64,000 nucleotides of DNA, taken from assembly GCA_046563655.1 (NCBI GenBank), contig CM102286.1, positions 3,534,001 to 3,598,000 of the forward strand, written 5' to 3'. Positions 24,201 to 36,900 of this stretch are shown piece by piece; the stretch's first letter is position 1; each line of letters begins with the position of its first letter. Position numbers and translations under genes: made by a program. The DNA comes from Yuukianura sp. NJ FZ-2021. Its lineage: Eukaryota. The notes below the pieces were generated by a model. That model searched no databases. It worked only from the letters and a program-made list of their open reading frames with translations, and was not told the DNA's origin.

Positions 24201-27200
24201 TCACAGATCACAATTTGAGCTTACATCGTTTTCGTCCAGAACATTGATGACTACAGTAGTGGTTGACCCCATGTTTCCACTATCGTTCTCTTCAGTTCCA
24301 ACTATCAGAATATGTTTAGTTGCATCTTCATAGTCCAAGCGCTGCGTAGCAAAAATTTCTCCAGTAATTGGATCAATACTGAATTTGTCGTATGGACCCT
24401 GCTTAATGTAATACGTAATTTTCTTCTCAGTAGTGTCAGGGTCTACAGCCTAAAATTTAAAATTAACCTTTTGAAAATTTAGCCCAAAGGTTGTTGAACC
24501 TTGTACAGTTTCATTACCTCCACTTGAACAATCTTCGCGTTTGGACTATTCTCTCTAACGTTGACTTCGTAACTGAATTGTTTGAAAACTGGCATTTCAT
24601 CTCCATCATCCTCAACGTGAATTGTGACCGTGGCAGTAGCAATTCGAGACTCCCTTCCCATTCCTTTTGCAGTCAAAACTACATGGTGAACTTTTTCTTT
24701 TTCGTAATCCAGGCCCAATTTGGTGTAGATGTCGCCACTCTCTGGATCCACTCGAATCGGACTTTCTGGTGGGACGAGGTATTGAATTCGAGCGTTGTCA
24801 CCTTCGTCCAAGTCTTTTGCCAGTACTCGTCCAATGAATTTGTCTCTCAGCCCTTCTTTGACCTTGAACTCGTACGGGGTTCCAACGAGAACTGGATTGT
24901 TGTCATCGTTGTCCAAAATTTTGATGTTCAACTGAGCAGTTGAAAACAGTTTGGCCTCGTCTTCTGCTTTTATTAACTAAAATACAAATAATTCATCATA
25001 TTAGGGGAAATTGAAGCTAATGTTGGGCTAACTCAATTAGTTTAATTTCACGTCATTGCCAAATTTAATATAGCTTGGTATGGGTCATGTTACCAATGAG
25101 TAACGACTCAAGTCTTCTCGGTCCAATTCCGAATTGACTGTGACAACGCCCGTGTTTTTCCCAATTGTGAAATGCTGCAACTCATTTCCTCCAATAATTT
25201 CATAGACAACTGCTTTTCCTTCTGGATCCTTGGCCTAGATTTTGAAAAGCACAAATTTAGTGCAGTCATAACCAAAGTAAAATTTAACACAAAGTTGTTT
25301 GTAGCTGCATTACCTCAAGTGTCATGACCTCTGACCCAATACTTGCTCCCTCAGAAACAGACACATCATAGGCGAATTGAGAAAAAAGTGGTGGTTTCAA
25401 ATTTTCTCCATCAACTACTTTCACTTCCACAATACTTTGAAACGAGCGTCCACCGCCATCGGTTGCCTGGAACCATGTTGAAAAAAATTTTGGCTCGAAA
25501 ATTTAAAACATGAATGTATGACAGTTTTTCTCACCTGAACAGTGATGCTATAAACTTCGCCTGACTTCAAATTGCCAACAGATTCGAGGAGACCCGTGAC
25601 TTGGTCAATGACAAATTTCTCTTTTCCGTTATTCGAAACATGGTGGAGGCTAAACCGGATATGGGCGTTGAGGCCTTCATCTTTGTCAGTCGCCTCAACC
25701 TGTAAGTTTAATTACACTAAATTGGCGGGAACTTTTAAAAACAAAAGTCAATTTTAAGTTTTTTGTGTCATTTTGCCTTGAGAATACTTCTACGTCCATC
25801 TCCGCCTGGAATTGTGACTGGACTCATAGGTAAAATGAATGGTGGATTGTCATTGACATCTTGAAGTTTGACGAGGATTACCATTGGGCTTGACGAAGCT
25901 GTAAATCCGTAGCCTACTTCCCTGGCAATTATCTTGAAATCAACAGAAAATGGTACAAAGTCAGTAAAGGTCACACAAAATTAGGTGTAACACTTTTGGC
26001 TAATTAGGAAAGCGGAAAAATTACTTGAAAATGAAGTTGTGGTGGATGTGGTGGATCTCTGTCCAGCTGGTCTTCGCCCACGATGAGAATTCCGTCTTCG
26101 TTGACTTTAAAAGCAGTCGTAGTTAGTTCGTAGTGATAAGTAGGCTTGAGGTCATGTGGGGCCTAGATTTTCAAAAATATCATTTAAAAACAGAAATTTT
26201 TCTCAATTTTTTCAATTTTTAACAAAAATTTACCAAATCTTCGTCTGTCACTGTAAATTGAATCGGTTGATGTGAATCAAGTGACAATACAACAGTTCCT
26301 GCTGGAGAATTTTCTGCAACGTAGCCAACTAAACTGTTCGCATGAAGCAGAGGGCGCTGTTTGTCTTCCGCTAAAACGCTGATGGTAAGCGTCGCTGTGC
26401 TGAATCGCTTTGCTTCTGTTGCTTCCGTTGCCTATAATGAAATTTTTAACAAAAATATCAAAAACACTAGAAAAAATGTCAGAAGCGATATTACCTTAAC
26501 GATCACATTAAATTCGATCTCAACGTCATCTACCACTGGGCGAACTTGGCGTACAATTCCAGTAAGCGGATCGATATGAAAATAGTCTAAAAACGTCGCT
26601 GGTGACCCCGTGACAAAGCTGTAGTGAATTGGCGCATTGATTGAATCTGCGTCAACTGCTTGTATTCTCTCAGGTTGAACGTCCAAAATTCCCGACAGGA
26701 CACCACGAATCACCTTTTTCACAATAAAATCATTTTAAGCACAAGAAATTTTAGCATAATTGGGAGAAATTATGCCAAAACATTTTCTTTCTTGACTTTT
26801 GAACTCCCCCATTATAGAAGTTGTGTGTTGTACCTTTTTGTTTTTAGAATTTCAGAAATTAAGGCTTTTACGTATACAATACCGCCAGTGAATTAATTTA
26901 GATTTTGCTGATTCTGACTTTTTCAACTTTGCCGACAAAGTGCTACCGACGGACTTTACCTCCAGAAAACTAAACGCATTTTTGCGAGTTGTTTTTTAAA
27001 ATTGACAATTTGCCACAAAGTTTATGAAATCAAAACAACAAAGGATGAGTTTTTACGCAAAAAGCAGGAAAATCGACAAAAACTCATTACATGTAATTGG
27101 CCTCTCTTAAAGATTCCCGCGTTGGATTATTTAAGGGTAACCTCATACGTTCAATTTAGGTTAGAAAAGCTAAGAACATTCAAGGAAGATGTAGTGATTT

Positions 27201-30200
27201 ACCAATGTGATATTGCTTCTGTTCTACATGTGAAAAAAATTTCTCCTGGCCTAATTGATCTATTAACTTTTTTTTAGGTTTGAGAACATTTTAGTAGGTT
27301 ACCGTTGCATTGTACTTGGGATCTAGACATTGTTCCTCCCGAGTCATACAATCACGTTGGATGAAAGTCGGACCCTAAGAAATTTTGTTGACTTTTAGCG
27401 CCATATTTTTCAAATTGAGTGGAAACATTTTTTGCGAGTCTTGCCTGATCGTCACTGTCAAGCACATTGACAGTAAGTGTTGCTGTTGACGTTTTTCGCA
27501 AATTTGGGTCAAACGCTCTGTCCTGTAAGTGGAAATATTTTTATAGTTTTATAATTTATTTATTTTTATAATTAATAAGCAAGAAAGTTTTGTTCGATTC
27601 AAAAAAATTTTGAAAATGAAGCTGATTTGATTGTTTACCGCTGCTAAAATTGTCACATGGTATTGCTTTGTGCGTTCGTAGTCAAGCGTTCTGTTCAAAG
27701 TCACAATTCCAAGATGCGGTGACTCCATGGCAAACACTCCATTTTTTGTGTCTTTGTCTTCATTGTCATAGGCAATGGAATACTCGATGAGGCCGTTGAC
27801 CCCGGCATCAATGTCAACGGCCTTGATCGTTCTGAACACAGTGCTGCCAACTGGTGTAGACTAAACAACATTAACTTTTTAAACTAATTATGCTGCGTAT
27901 ATAAAGATTTAAATCAGTAAAAACTTGAGTCACCTCTGGAATGCTAATTTCGTATGAACTTTGTGAAAACTTTGGAAAGTTGTCGTTGAGATCTTAGACA
28001 CAAAGAGTGTTTGTGAATTATAAAGTTCTTTTATTTAAAATTGAAAGTAAATTTTCTGCTCTTTACCGAAGACTCGAACAATAATCGGAATAGTCCGCTT
28101 TTCTCCTGTTTCTTTCACTTCACAAATGGCCTGTTGAAGAGTTTAGTCAGTATATTGACCTATGTTTGACCTTGAAATTTTAAGTTTACAAGTTATTGTT
28201 AAGCATTACCTGAAAAACAATTGAGGAGATGTCATCTTCGTCTCGATCCAAAGGTTCGTTGAGCCTCAGTTGTTTTCCTTTGACTGTGAAATAACGTTTA
28301 TTTTCTGGCGGGTAGACTAGTGACAATTCAATTTGACTTGCAGCGTCTCCCACAATCGGTAACTCTTTTGGAGTTGTTAACTGGTTGACTTCTAACCATA
28401 AGATAACAGCGTGGGAAATTTTTAAATTATACTGTCTAACATGGTTCACATTGGAATTTTTATAACTAAAGTATAATGTCTTACGTTCATTTAAACTCTC
28501 GGCAACGTCCAGAATCACACTGGATAAACCATTTTGTACGCGGCAGAGTTCTAAACAGAATTGATAAATTTTGTTGCATTTTCAAATGTGTACTTTCGAG
28601 TTTTAAAATTTTGAAAGCCATAATGGGTAGCTATGTTGTGCTCCGAGCGTGCGCGTACGACTACTAATCTTAACCTTAGCAGAAAAAAAACTGAAAACAT
28701 GCGTTTACAAATGCAGAGCGTCGACTCATTGGTTTTCCAATCTTGTGGTAAAATGAACATAAATTTTGAAATTATTAGTCCAGTTGTCTGAAGTTAATTG
28801 ACACTTTACTATGCTCATTTGTGGTCGTTACCAAATGATGTTGAAATGTTCATAATAAAACTCCAATGCCATTCTTTTTTCCCCAGTTTGTACATTAACA
28901 AAACAACCAGTTTTGCACGATTCGGCAACAATCATTACTCATCCAAAATTCCATCTTTAGTTGAATTAGAGCAATTCGTAGAATAGCTCCATTTTGAATT
29001 TTGGTTCCAACATAAAATGTAATTCTCCTAACTTATTTTTAGATAACTGTTTAGAAATGGCTCAATCCGCTGCAGAAAGTGGAGCTAGACTTGGACGACG
29101 TCGCACTTTAGCCGAAGTTATTTTCCGAACGTCTCCGACTCCACCCGTACGCCCTACCGCAGAAGCAGCTCAGTCTTGGAGTACTTCACTAAATGTGCTT
29201 CTGGATTCCAAATGTAAATGTTAATCACCTTTAAAGCAATTTTCAAAATTCTTCTCCAAATTTCTAAAAAGCTGTTCAATTTAGATGGCAAAAATCTGTT
29301 CATTGCTTTTCTGAGAAAAGAGTATTCTGAAGAATACTTGGAATTTTACGACCAAGTGACAAAGTATCGCAATTCTTCCAGTAAGAGGAAAATGGAGAAA
29401 AGAGCAAAGAGAATTATGGAGCGGTATATTGTACCGGACGCCCCAAAAGAAGTACGGCATTCAATGAAAATTTCACAAAAAAAAATGAAATTACTTGTAA
29501 TTAAAAGTAATTGTATTTTCAAAATTATATTTCAGCTCCTAAATATTGATCACGTATTGAGATCAGAACTAATCAAGTCTACAGCAGATCTGGCTGAGCT
29601 AAACAACCACGCCTTTGATTCGCTCCAAAACAAAGTTTTTGCAATTCTAGAAGCAGGAAGCTACCGAAGATTTTTATCTTGGAGTGTCTATACGGATCTA
29701 ACGGATCCTGGCAGCCCAGCGGAACATGACAACTAAAAATAGATGAGTATGCAAATTATGTTAAACATTAAGTAATTTTATAAATTTAACCAAAAAATGC
29801 TGAGTAAATTTAAAACAATGTCTTTAATAAAAATAAAAATACGGAAGTGACCTTTTGCTAAAAATTTGAAATCTGAGCAGGAAATGGATTCATTTTAAAA
29901 GTCAAGGTGGAGCTCAAATTCAGTTTTTGAAGAAGAGTCACTCTTTTTTTAATTTGAACAAAAGGAATAAATTTCTACCACATTTTTGTTTTTCCAAACT
30001 TCTTTTTTTTCAGATTCAACGTACAGTGGAGGATGATTTTAAATGGAATTATTGTTAGAATCCATGTGAACAACGGGAAAAAGGCTACCGGAAGAGTATT
30101 TCCGCTCTATTCAAAATCTGATTTATTTTGGGTTTAGAAAATATGGGAACTTTACTTCCGTCCACTTATTTTTTGCTACTTTTCGCACCTTTGTTTTGAC

Positions 30201-33200
30201 CAGGGAAATACTTGCGGAATCCAACAAATCCTGCTTTTAGGACTTAGATTGTGGTCTATTCAACAAACAAATTGCGGGACAAAGCTCAAATGGTTCCTAA
30301 TTCGAAATAGAACAAATGGGCCAGGCAAGATATCACAAAGAGGTCAAAATACATAAATTGCAAAGAGGTCAAATACCTCTTCGCTCACCGAAAGTTCAAA
30401 CAATCTATGCTAGTTACCTGCTATTAATATGGATGACAGTGCGAGACAATTTAAACGAGCATTAAACCAAAAATACTTAAATTGGAAATCAGTTTGAACT
30501 TAGACTTTTTTTTGGAGTGACAAAATTCGTGTCAATGGCAGATTAGAATTAAAAATTGGTTATAATTTGAGACACACTTTAGTAACTTTCCCCATGTGGA
30601 ATCATTGGGCATGACCAATTTTCCTTATCTGAATCTAAGAAACTGCATATATTAATAATGTTAAAACTTTGATGAAGTAATTTAGAATTGGCATGGCTAC
30701 CTTGGGCGTTTATGCAAAATTTCTTTTCATAATCGATTTTTAGCAAACAATTTTATAAGGTTAAATGTAAGCGTAGCGCCGGAAGACACTCTCGTCACAA
30801 CGCAGTCAACGACATAATCTTCAGATCATTACAAACCGCTGGATTTCCTTCAATTAAAGAACCTGTTGGCTGCAGCAGATCCGATGGCAAACGGCCAGAT
30901 GGAGTTACGCTCATTCCTTGGAGCTCAGGACGCTGCCTATGCTGGGACTTTACCTGCCGCGACACTTATGCAAATTCCTACCTTTCGACATCGTCCTCCC
31001 ACTATGGTCATGCAGCTGAATTAGCAGAGACACACAAACATCAACTGTATCGTGACCTAGAACCTCGCTTCATCGTATCCATCATTGCCGTCGAGACTAC
31101 AGGTGTATTCGGATCCGAAGGCCTTCGTCTACTAAAACAAATTGGACATCGGCTTTCAGAAGCATCTGGAGATAAACGAGCCACGACCTTTTTGCTACAA
31201 CGGATAAGCCTAGCTGTTCAACGCGGAAACTCCTGCTCAATCTTGGGAAGCCTGCCCTCAGCAAAAGATCTCTATGAGTTATTCATACTATAATCAAACA
31301 TAAATCTTAGTTCTTTTCTCAACCTGCCTTTGGCAGGTGACTGTGACTTGTTGATTTCCTTTTCAATTAATAAAACAAATAATAAGACGAAAAAAAAAAA
31401 AAAAAAAAAAAAAAATTTATAAGATAGAAGGTGTTTACCAAGGTAACTAGAATACTAGAATAGGTGTTTACCGCAATTTTTAATTTCAGTGTATAGAAAC
31501 TAAAAGGCAGTTTCGATTTTTTTGTGCCAATTTCAGCAAAAATTACTGTTCTGATTTAGGAATTCAAAAAAGTTTGAACACGCAAAAGCCCAAGTGACCG
31601 GTCAATTGCGATCGGTTTCTGGAACTTGAAAGACGTTTAAAAGATGGCGTCTGTTGGGCCGTTTTGCGGACTATTCATCGTCATGATCCTCACGCTAATT
31701 CTGGCCAATGAGATTACGACTGGGACAGCGCAGACGCCATCGATAGGAACGAATTCGTCCCGATTGTCAAATTCGTCCTCAACATTATCGCCAGAAACAA
31801 CTTCGACAGAATTTTCAAGTTCAACAATATCTTCAAATGCAACAAATTCATCAATGCCACAGTATGAGGTTTAAAACCTGGCAGTCTGGATAATGCTTGT
31901 GTGCAAAATTTTGAGTGAAGAATTACATTTTATTGTTTTTCAGGATACCTAAAATACCAGACTTGCGCACCCTTCACATCACCATCGCTGTAGTCGTTGT
32001 CGTAACATTTGTTGCTTGTGTTATCGTATGTTGCATTCTGTGGATCTTTTGCAAATGCTGCAGGGCTATCGTCAGACGTATATGTTGTTGTTGTCGAAAA
32101 AAGAAAGAACCAGATCAACACGAAGCAGATCATCACCAACACGACGAACGAGATTGGGAATCACATCATCGACGCGATCGATATGATTCGGAACGCTATG
32201 AAGATGACCACTATGATCAGGATCTATACGAAGACGAACGATATGAACCAGAACGATATCAACAGCAACCATATCGACAAGAACGATATCACCAACCAAA
32301 TCAACAGCAACAACATCAACAGCAACCAGATCAACAGAAACCAAGTAGACCTAGACGAGGTCAGCAACAGCCAAGTCCACAACAACAACCACCTTACCAA
32401 CAACAGCCAAATCAACAACCACAATATCAGCAACAACCAAATCAACAACCACAATATCAGCAACAACCAAATCAACAACCACAATATCAGCAACAACCAC
32501 AATATCAGAAACAACCAAATCAGCAACCACCAAATCAGCAACCACCAAATCAGCAACCACCAAATCAACAACAACCAAATCAACCACAACCAATTCAACC
32601 AGAAAAATCTAACGCGCAATCAGAGCGATCAGAACGACGTCACAAACGAAAACACAAGAAATAATTAAATCAGAACTAACTTCCCTTTGAATACACACAA
32701 AAAATCAAAATAAAGAGAAGCAGAAAATTCGAGTGAATGAGTAACGTTTAAGTTTCACAATTGAAATGAGACACACATTATGCTTGCGTCTGCATGGATT
32801 TTACTTTCTAAATCATTTTCCCTTCTCTAGTCCTCATCCTTACGGTAAATCAGATCAACAAAGTTGCTTTGCTCACAGCATCCTCGTGATGAATGCTTCA
32901 TTTTATTTGTTTTAAGGGCACAGGAAAAATGGAAACTCAAATTCAGAATTCATGAGAACCTCTCACGTTTTGTTTCATATCAATAGTCTCATGAACTCAA
33001 ACCAAAACAATGCGCATGTCCCATAACTCTTACGGACGATTTTGTTGCAATTTCAAAATCATGACGATGTCTCAACTCACGTTTTCTAATTTATTAAAAA
33101 TTAGTACAAGTAACCCCATCTGACCTAAGTTAATCCTTCATGAGATAACCTGATTTATACTAAAAACTTTTTAGTAAAAAGCATTTTCTTCAATTTCCGA

Positions 33201-34716
33201 CTTTTTTTTGGCAAGCAACGGGACTTTCAGCACTGTCATCTGGTGTTTATAACATCATCAAAAGAAAAAACGTGCTTAAGGACGGGTAAGAGGCAGCGTT
33301 TGTTTACGATTTGGTGTCAGCCATTGTCATTAGTAACAAAGCAAAATCACTGCTCAAACTTGCAAAAGTCGGCACTGTTTCCAATGGTTGACAAACCAAA
33401 GTTTTTCGTAGGATAGTAATTCAAACAACCATGGGTTCAACAACAACTTTGTGCCCATGGAGACGGTTGAATTCAGTGCCGATATTTGCAAATTGTTGAA
33501 TAATGTCAGAATTACATCAGTTTTGTCTTATAACTTTTTTATTATAAGACCTAAAAATGCGTTTGAGGTGTCTAAAAATCCAAAAGACCATGGCACATAA
33601 GTTATATTTACCAAATTCCCGAATTTTTGTATCATAACAGGCTTAGAAAAAAATAAACGTTGTATGCAATTTTTAACCTCATTCCAGAACAAAAAGGCAA
33701 ATTCTGAGAAATATAACTTATTCTACTGATAATAACGAATTTTTAGAGTCCTCATACACATTTCTGCGTTATTCCTGTGAATACTTATAGGACCCTAAAG
33801 TTAATTAATTTGAGCCGAAACGAGACCCACCGTTGCCATGTGTGATTCCTTCTTAATGAACACTACTGTCATCATCACTACGTGTGACAAGAATTGAATT
33901 TGAACTTGAGTGTAACATTAAGCAGCAGCAGTAGTCATAACTCATTAGTATAAGAAAACGGCATCCTCCGAATCTTAAAAGTTGCATGATGATTTGATTA
34001 CCGTTGTGTAGAATCGAAGTCAAGAATATAATGCAATTCCTTTCTAGTAGTATGCATACAACAACATTCAAAATTCCTGCGCAGTTGAAAATGGTCGAAA
34101 CAAACTGACTTGACAAGAAATCACCAAAAGAAACTAAACTTTCAATCCGCTTTAATAAATTCAAACCTAAAGGATATAGTCATGACTTTGACTTTGAATT
34201 TAGGTCAACCACAACAAAAAAAAAAAGATGCAGACAGGATCACCACGTAAGAAGATCTTTTTAATATTTTAGATCAGACGAATTCAAAAAAAAATGTATC
34301 GTTTTCAACTTGCTCTGGTTTTTCATCAATTTGGTCTCATTTTGATTTGGAGTAATTGAATTCCCAATCTACTTTTTGCACCTATGTCTATTCAGCAGTA
34401 ACCGCATTTTTTCCTTTCGGACATTTCAATTCAAGTATGTCTCTAAAGCTTTACTGACTGTAAAGGACTACAGGGCATGCGCATGTGAGCTATTTCTGAC
34501 ACCATTATGTTTCTGGTGACTGGCATTGATTGAACTTAAAGTATTTAAAATCCAAGTGGGGTAATTAGTCTTACTTTGTTGTGAAGCATTTCCCTCGGAG
34601 GAGTCAATGGGAATAGGAAGAAAGGCTGTGAGAAATATAATTGACAGGAGGTAAATACGGTTGACATCTCCCGCTATTAGCCACGACTTTTCCCGCTTCA
34701 CGCAGACGCAGACCAT
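21251..34716 (-). CDS. Cad99C: Cadherin-99C / protocadherin-15-like large cadherin (many exons; signal-peptide exon 34575-34716)
   Basis: Repeated cadherin motifs (DxNDNxP, LDYE, AxDxD), VQPERIQAVDADSINAPIHYSF, TM segment, cytoplasmic PSLKQYETQV and TNENVHF. Exon 1 (47 codons + 1 nt) joins in phase to LCRVQNGLSSVILDVAES at 28550. Confidence 0.85.
29057..29736 (+). CDS. Small RGS (regulator of G-protein signalling) protein, nested antisense in Cad99C intron
   Basis: WSTSLNVLL, GKNLFIAFLRKEYSEEYLEFY, YIVPDAPKE-LLNID, FDSLQNKVFAILEAGSYRRFL form an RGS domain across three exons. Confidence 0.9.
30760..31415 (+). mobile_element. 5'-truncated CRE-clade (RLE-type) non-LTR retrotransposon with poly(A) tail and TSD
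   Basis: Uninterrupted ATG-less frame 30763-31293: RHSRHNAVND...DGKRPDGVTLIPW...CWDFTCRDT...AVETTGVFG...LQRISLAVQRGN. AATAAA then A26 at 31390-31415. TTTATAAG flanks both ends (30752-30759, 31416-31423). Confidence 0.9.
31644..32664 (+). CDS. Orphan type-I membrane protein: signal peptide, S/T-rich ectodomain, TM, Cys cluster, Q/P-rich tail (intron 31862-31943)
   Basis: Phase-2 GTATGA...TTTCAG intron joins MASVGPFCGLFIVMILTLILA...SSMPQ to IPKIPDLRTLHITIAVVVVVTFVACVIVCCILWIFCKCC...CCCCRKKK. Confidence 0.75.
32401..32590 (+). repeat. Coding minisatellite (30-bp QQPNQQPQYQ units and 15-bp QQPPN units)
   Basis: caacaaccaaatcaacaaccacaatatcag repeated ~3 times, then cagcaaccaccaaat repeated 3 times. 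Confidence 0.9.
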
Positions 34717-36900
34717 CTTCAGCCTACAGGTAACCTGTAATTGAATTTTGATACATCTTTAACAAAAAAGAGAAATTAAGAGATATTCAATTGGCAGGCA
34801 ATTGGCATGTTGTTGACAGACGACATTCAAAACATGTTCAAATCACAAACTCACAAATATATTTATTTTATAGCAATGCAAGAACTAACTCATACGTTTC
34901 GACACACCACGTACGTGTGTGCACAGTACATGTAGCACGTATACGTACATAGTACCTGTGCATGGTACGTATACGTGTAGGGATATAGTAAATAATCTAA
35001 ATCTTTTGTGCAAATGAAACACATTTCTGGTAAAAAAAATTTTTAAACGGAATTTTTGAAAAGTGATTTTGTGAAAAATTTGTGAATGGATTTGAAAAAA
35101 AAAGTTATGTGAAATGATTAAACAGTGTTTTTATGAAGGTCAGAAATTAATACATGCCAGTGTAAGAAAATGTAAACAATAGCAACGATGATGACGGAAT
35201 TTTTGAAAAGGCTTTGAGTCTTTTGAAATTTTGAAATTGTAAGGTTCTAAGTTAAGTTGAATGACAGTTGTAACTGAAATCTTAGATCTTCCTGATACAT
35301 ATCTTTACAATTCGCGATGAGTTTAAAAAGATTTTTGTGCCATAGTGTCCCAAAAATGAAAAAGTGGCAAAGTTAATAAGAGTTTAATAACTTCGTTTTC
35401 CTGAATGAATGGTTTTCGTCATCCAGTCTTTAGCCTATTATGTGGGAATCGTGTAGAAATTAACGGAACATTGGTTGGGAAGTAAGACTGGTTTTGAGTA
35501 CCCTCCCTTTTTCCCATTTGCCAAATTCACATTGTTGCCCTACACCCTCCGGGACTTTTAGCCTAAGAAACCGGGCCGGACAACCACGATTACATCGTAT
35601 CATAATTCAGAAAGTCTACCGGGGTAAGATCCATCCATATGCATCTCTCTTTGGCAGGATTTAGTAGTATTTACCATTACCCCCTATTGTTTGTGCAGAT
35701 CAGCATCATGTTGAATGCGGACCTAGCGATAGAGACAGGAAGACAATAGAAAAGATTTGGCTTATTTATGCAAATCCTACTTCTTCTTCGGGGTCAACTT
35801 CTATGTTCAAGTGCCAATAAATTTTCACCTCCATTTTTTTAGTCCACGGGTTCAAGCATTTAAAATTTTTATTAAAAAGGAACGAAATTGAATGGCGGTG
35901 CCTTGACTTACAAAAGTGTTCCAAAGTTCAAAACAATTTAAATCATGCCAAATGCGTCAAAAGATCAAAGTTTTCAAAATATGTCAAAACTTTTGATATT
36001 TCCGTTGGTGCTGTGTTATGTTTATTACATTCATCTTCAACTACAGAAATGAACAAGCGTGTCGAATGTTAAGAAATGAAATTTATTCTTTTTTGAAATT
36101 TTTGAAAATTTGATTTTTTTTTTGTATAGTACTTGTAATTTCGGCGAAGAAATACTTGTTCCGGAAAATGAGGAATTTTTTATTTGTGCAACAGGAAATT
36201 TTTTTGATAAATGTTGAGCACATACCTGAGATACAAATTTAGTTTCATTTATGAATTCCAGAAAAAATCCAAAGTTGAAATTTGTAACAAGGACGATTGC
36301 GGTGACACTTCCGTTGTCACAGTTTGTCACCGGATGACCGCTGGTCTAGTTTTGAAGCACACTAAACTTCCCAAACTTTTGAAAATGTAATTAACTCGCC
36401 TAAATTAAGTTGAATCTCACGAGGTCAATGGTTGTCACTACTTCAATTGAAATGGTTTGCAAAGTTTTCCCAGGATTCGGAAACTGCAACTGACCAAGGT
36501 AGCGTCCAAATCAACACTGGCTAAATCTCACGTGTTTACCAAACAACTTCCCTCACCCTTTCGAAATCAAATCCTGCCATACTGTAGAAAACAATGCATT
36601 TCCCATACCACTTCCACCAGTTCCACCTCATCACGACAGCCACCTCAGGTTGAACTCATAATTAACAGTCTAAATACGGTAGTCGTGAACGTGCACAATT
36701 CAATGCTTATTCAATATGTTTGTGTTGGACACAAAAATCAATTACATCGTCAACAAATTTTCAGCAAAAATTGTTTTATCCTGTAGCCTATGAAAAGTTA
36801 AAGAATTGATGAAAAACAATCAATTAACTGCATTTTTTGAATTTGAAGATGTTTTATTTTGTACACGGTTTGTTACATTCGGAAATGAATTCATAAAAAT

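Noticed and set aside
32009..32668. Asn/Ile-rich and Leu/Trp- or Val/Asp-rich ORFs in other frames
   Set aside because: Shadow frames of the CAA-rich coding repeat
33853..34164. ORF considered as an alternative Cad99C first exon
   Set aside because: No signal peptide or phase-compatible donor; the 34575-34716 exon fits better
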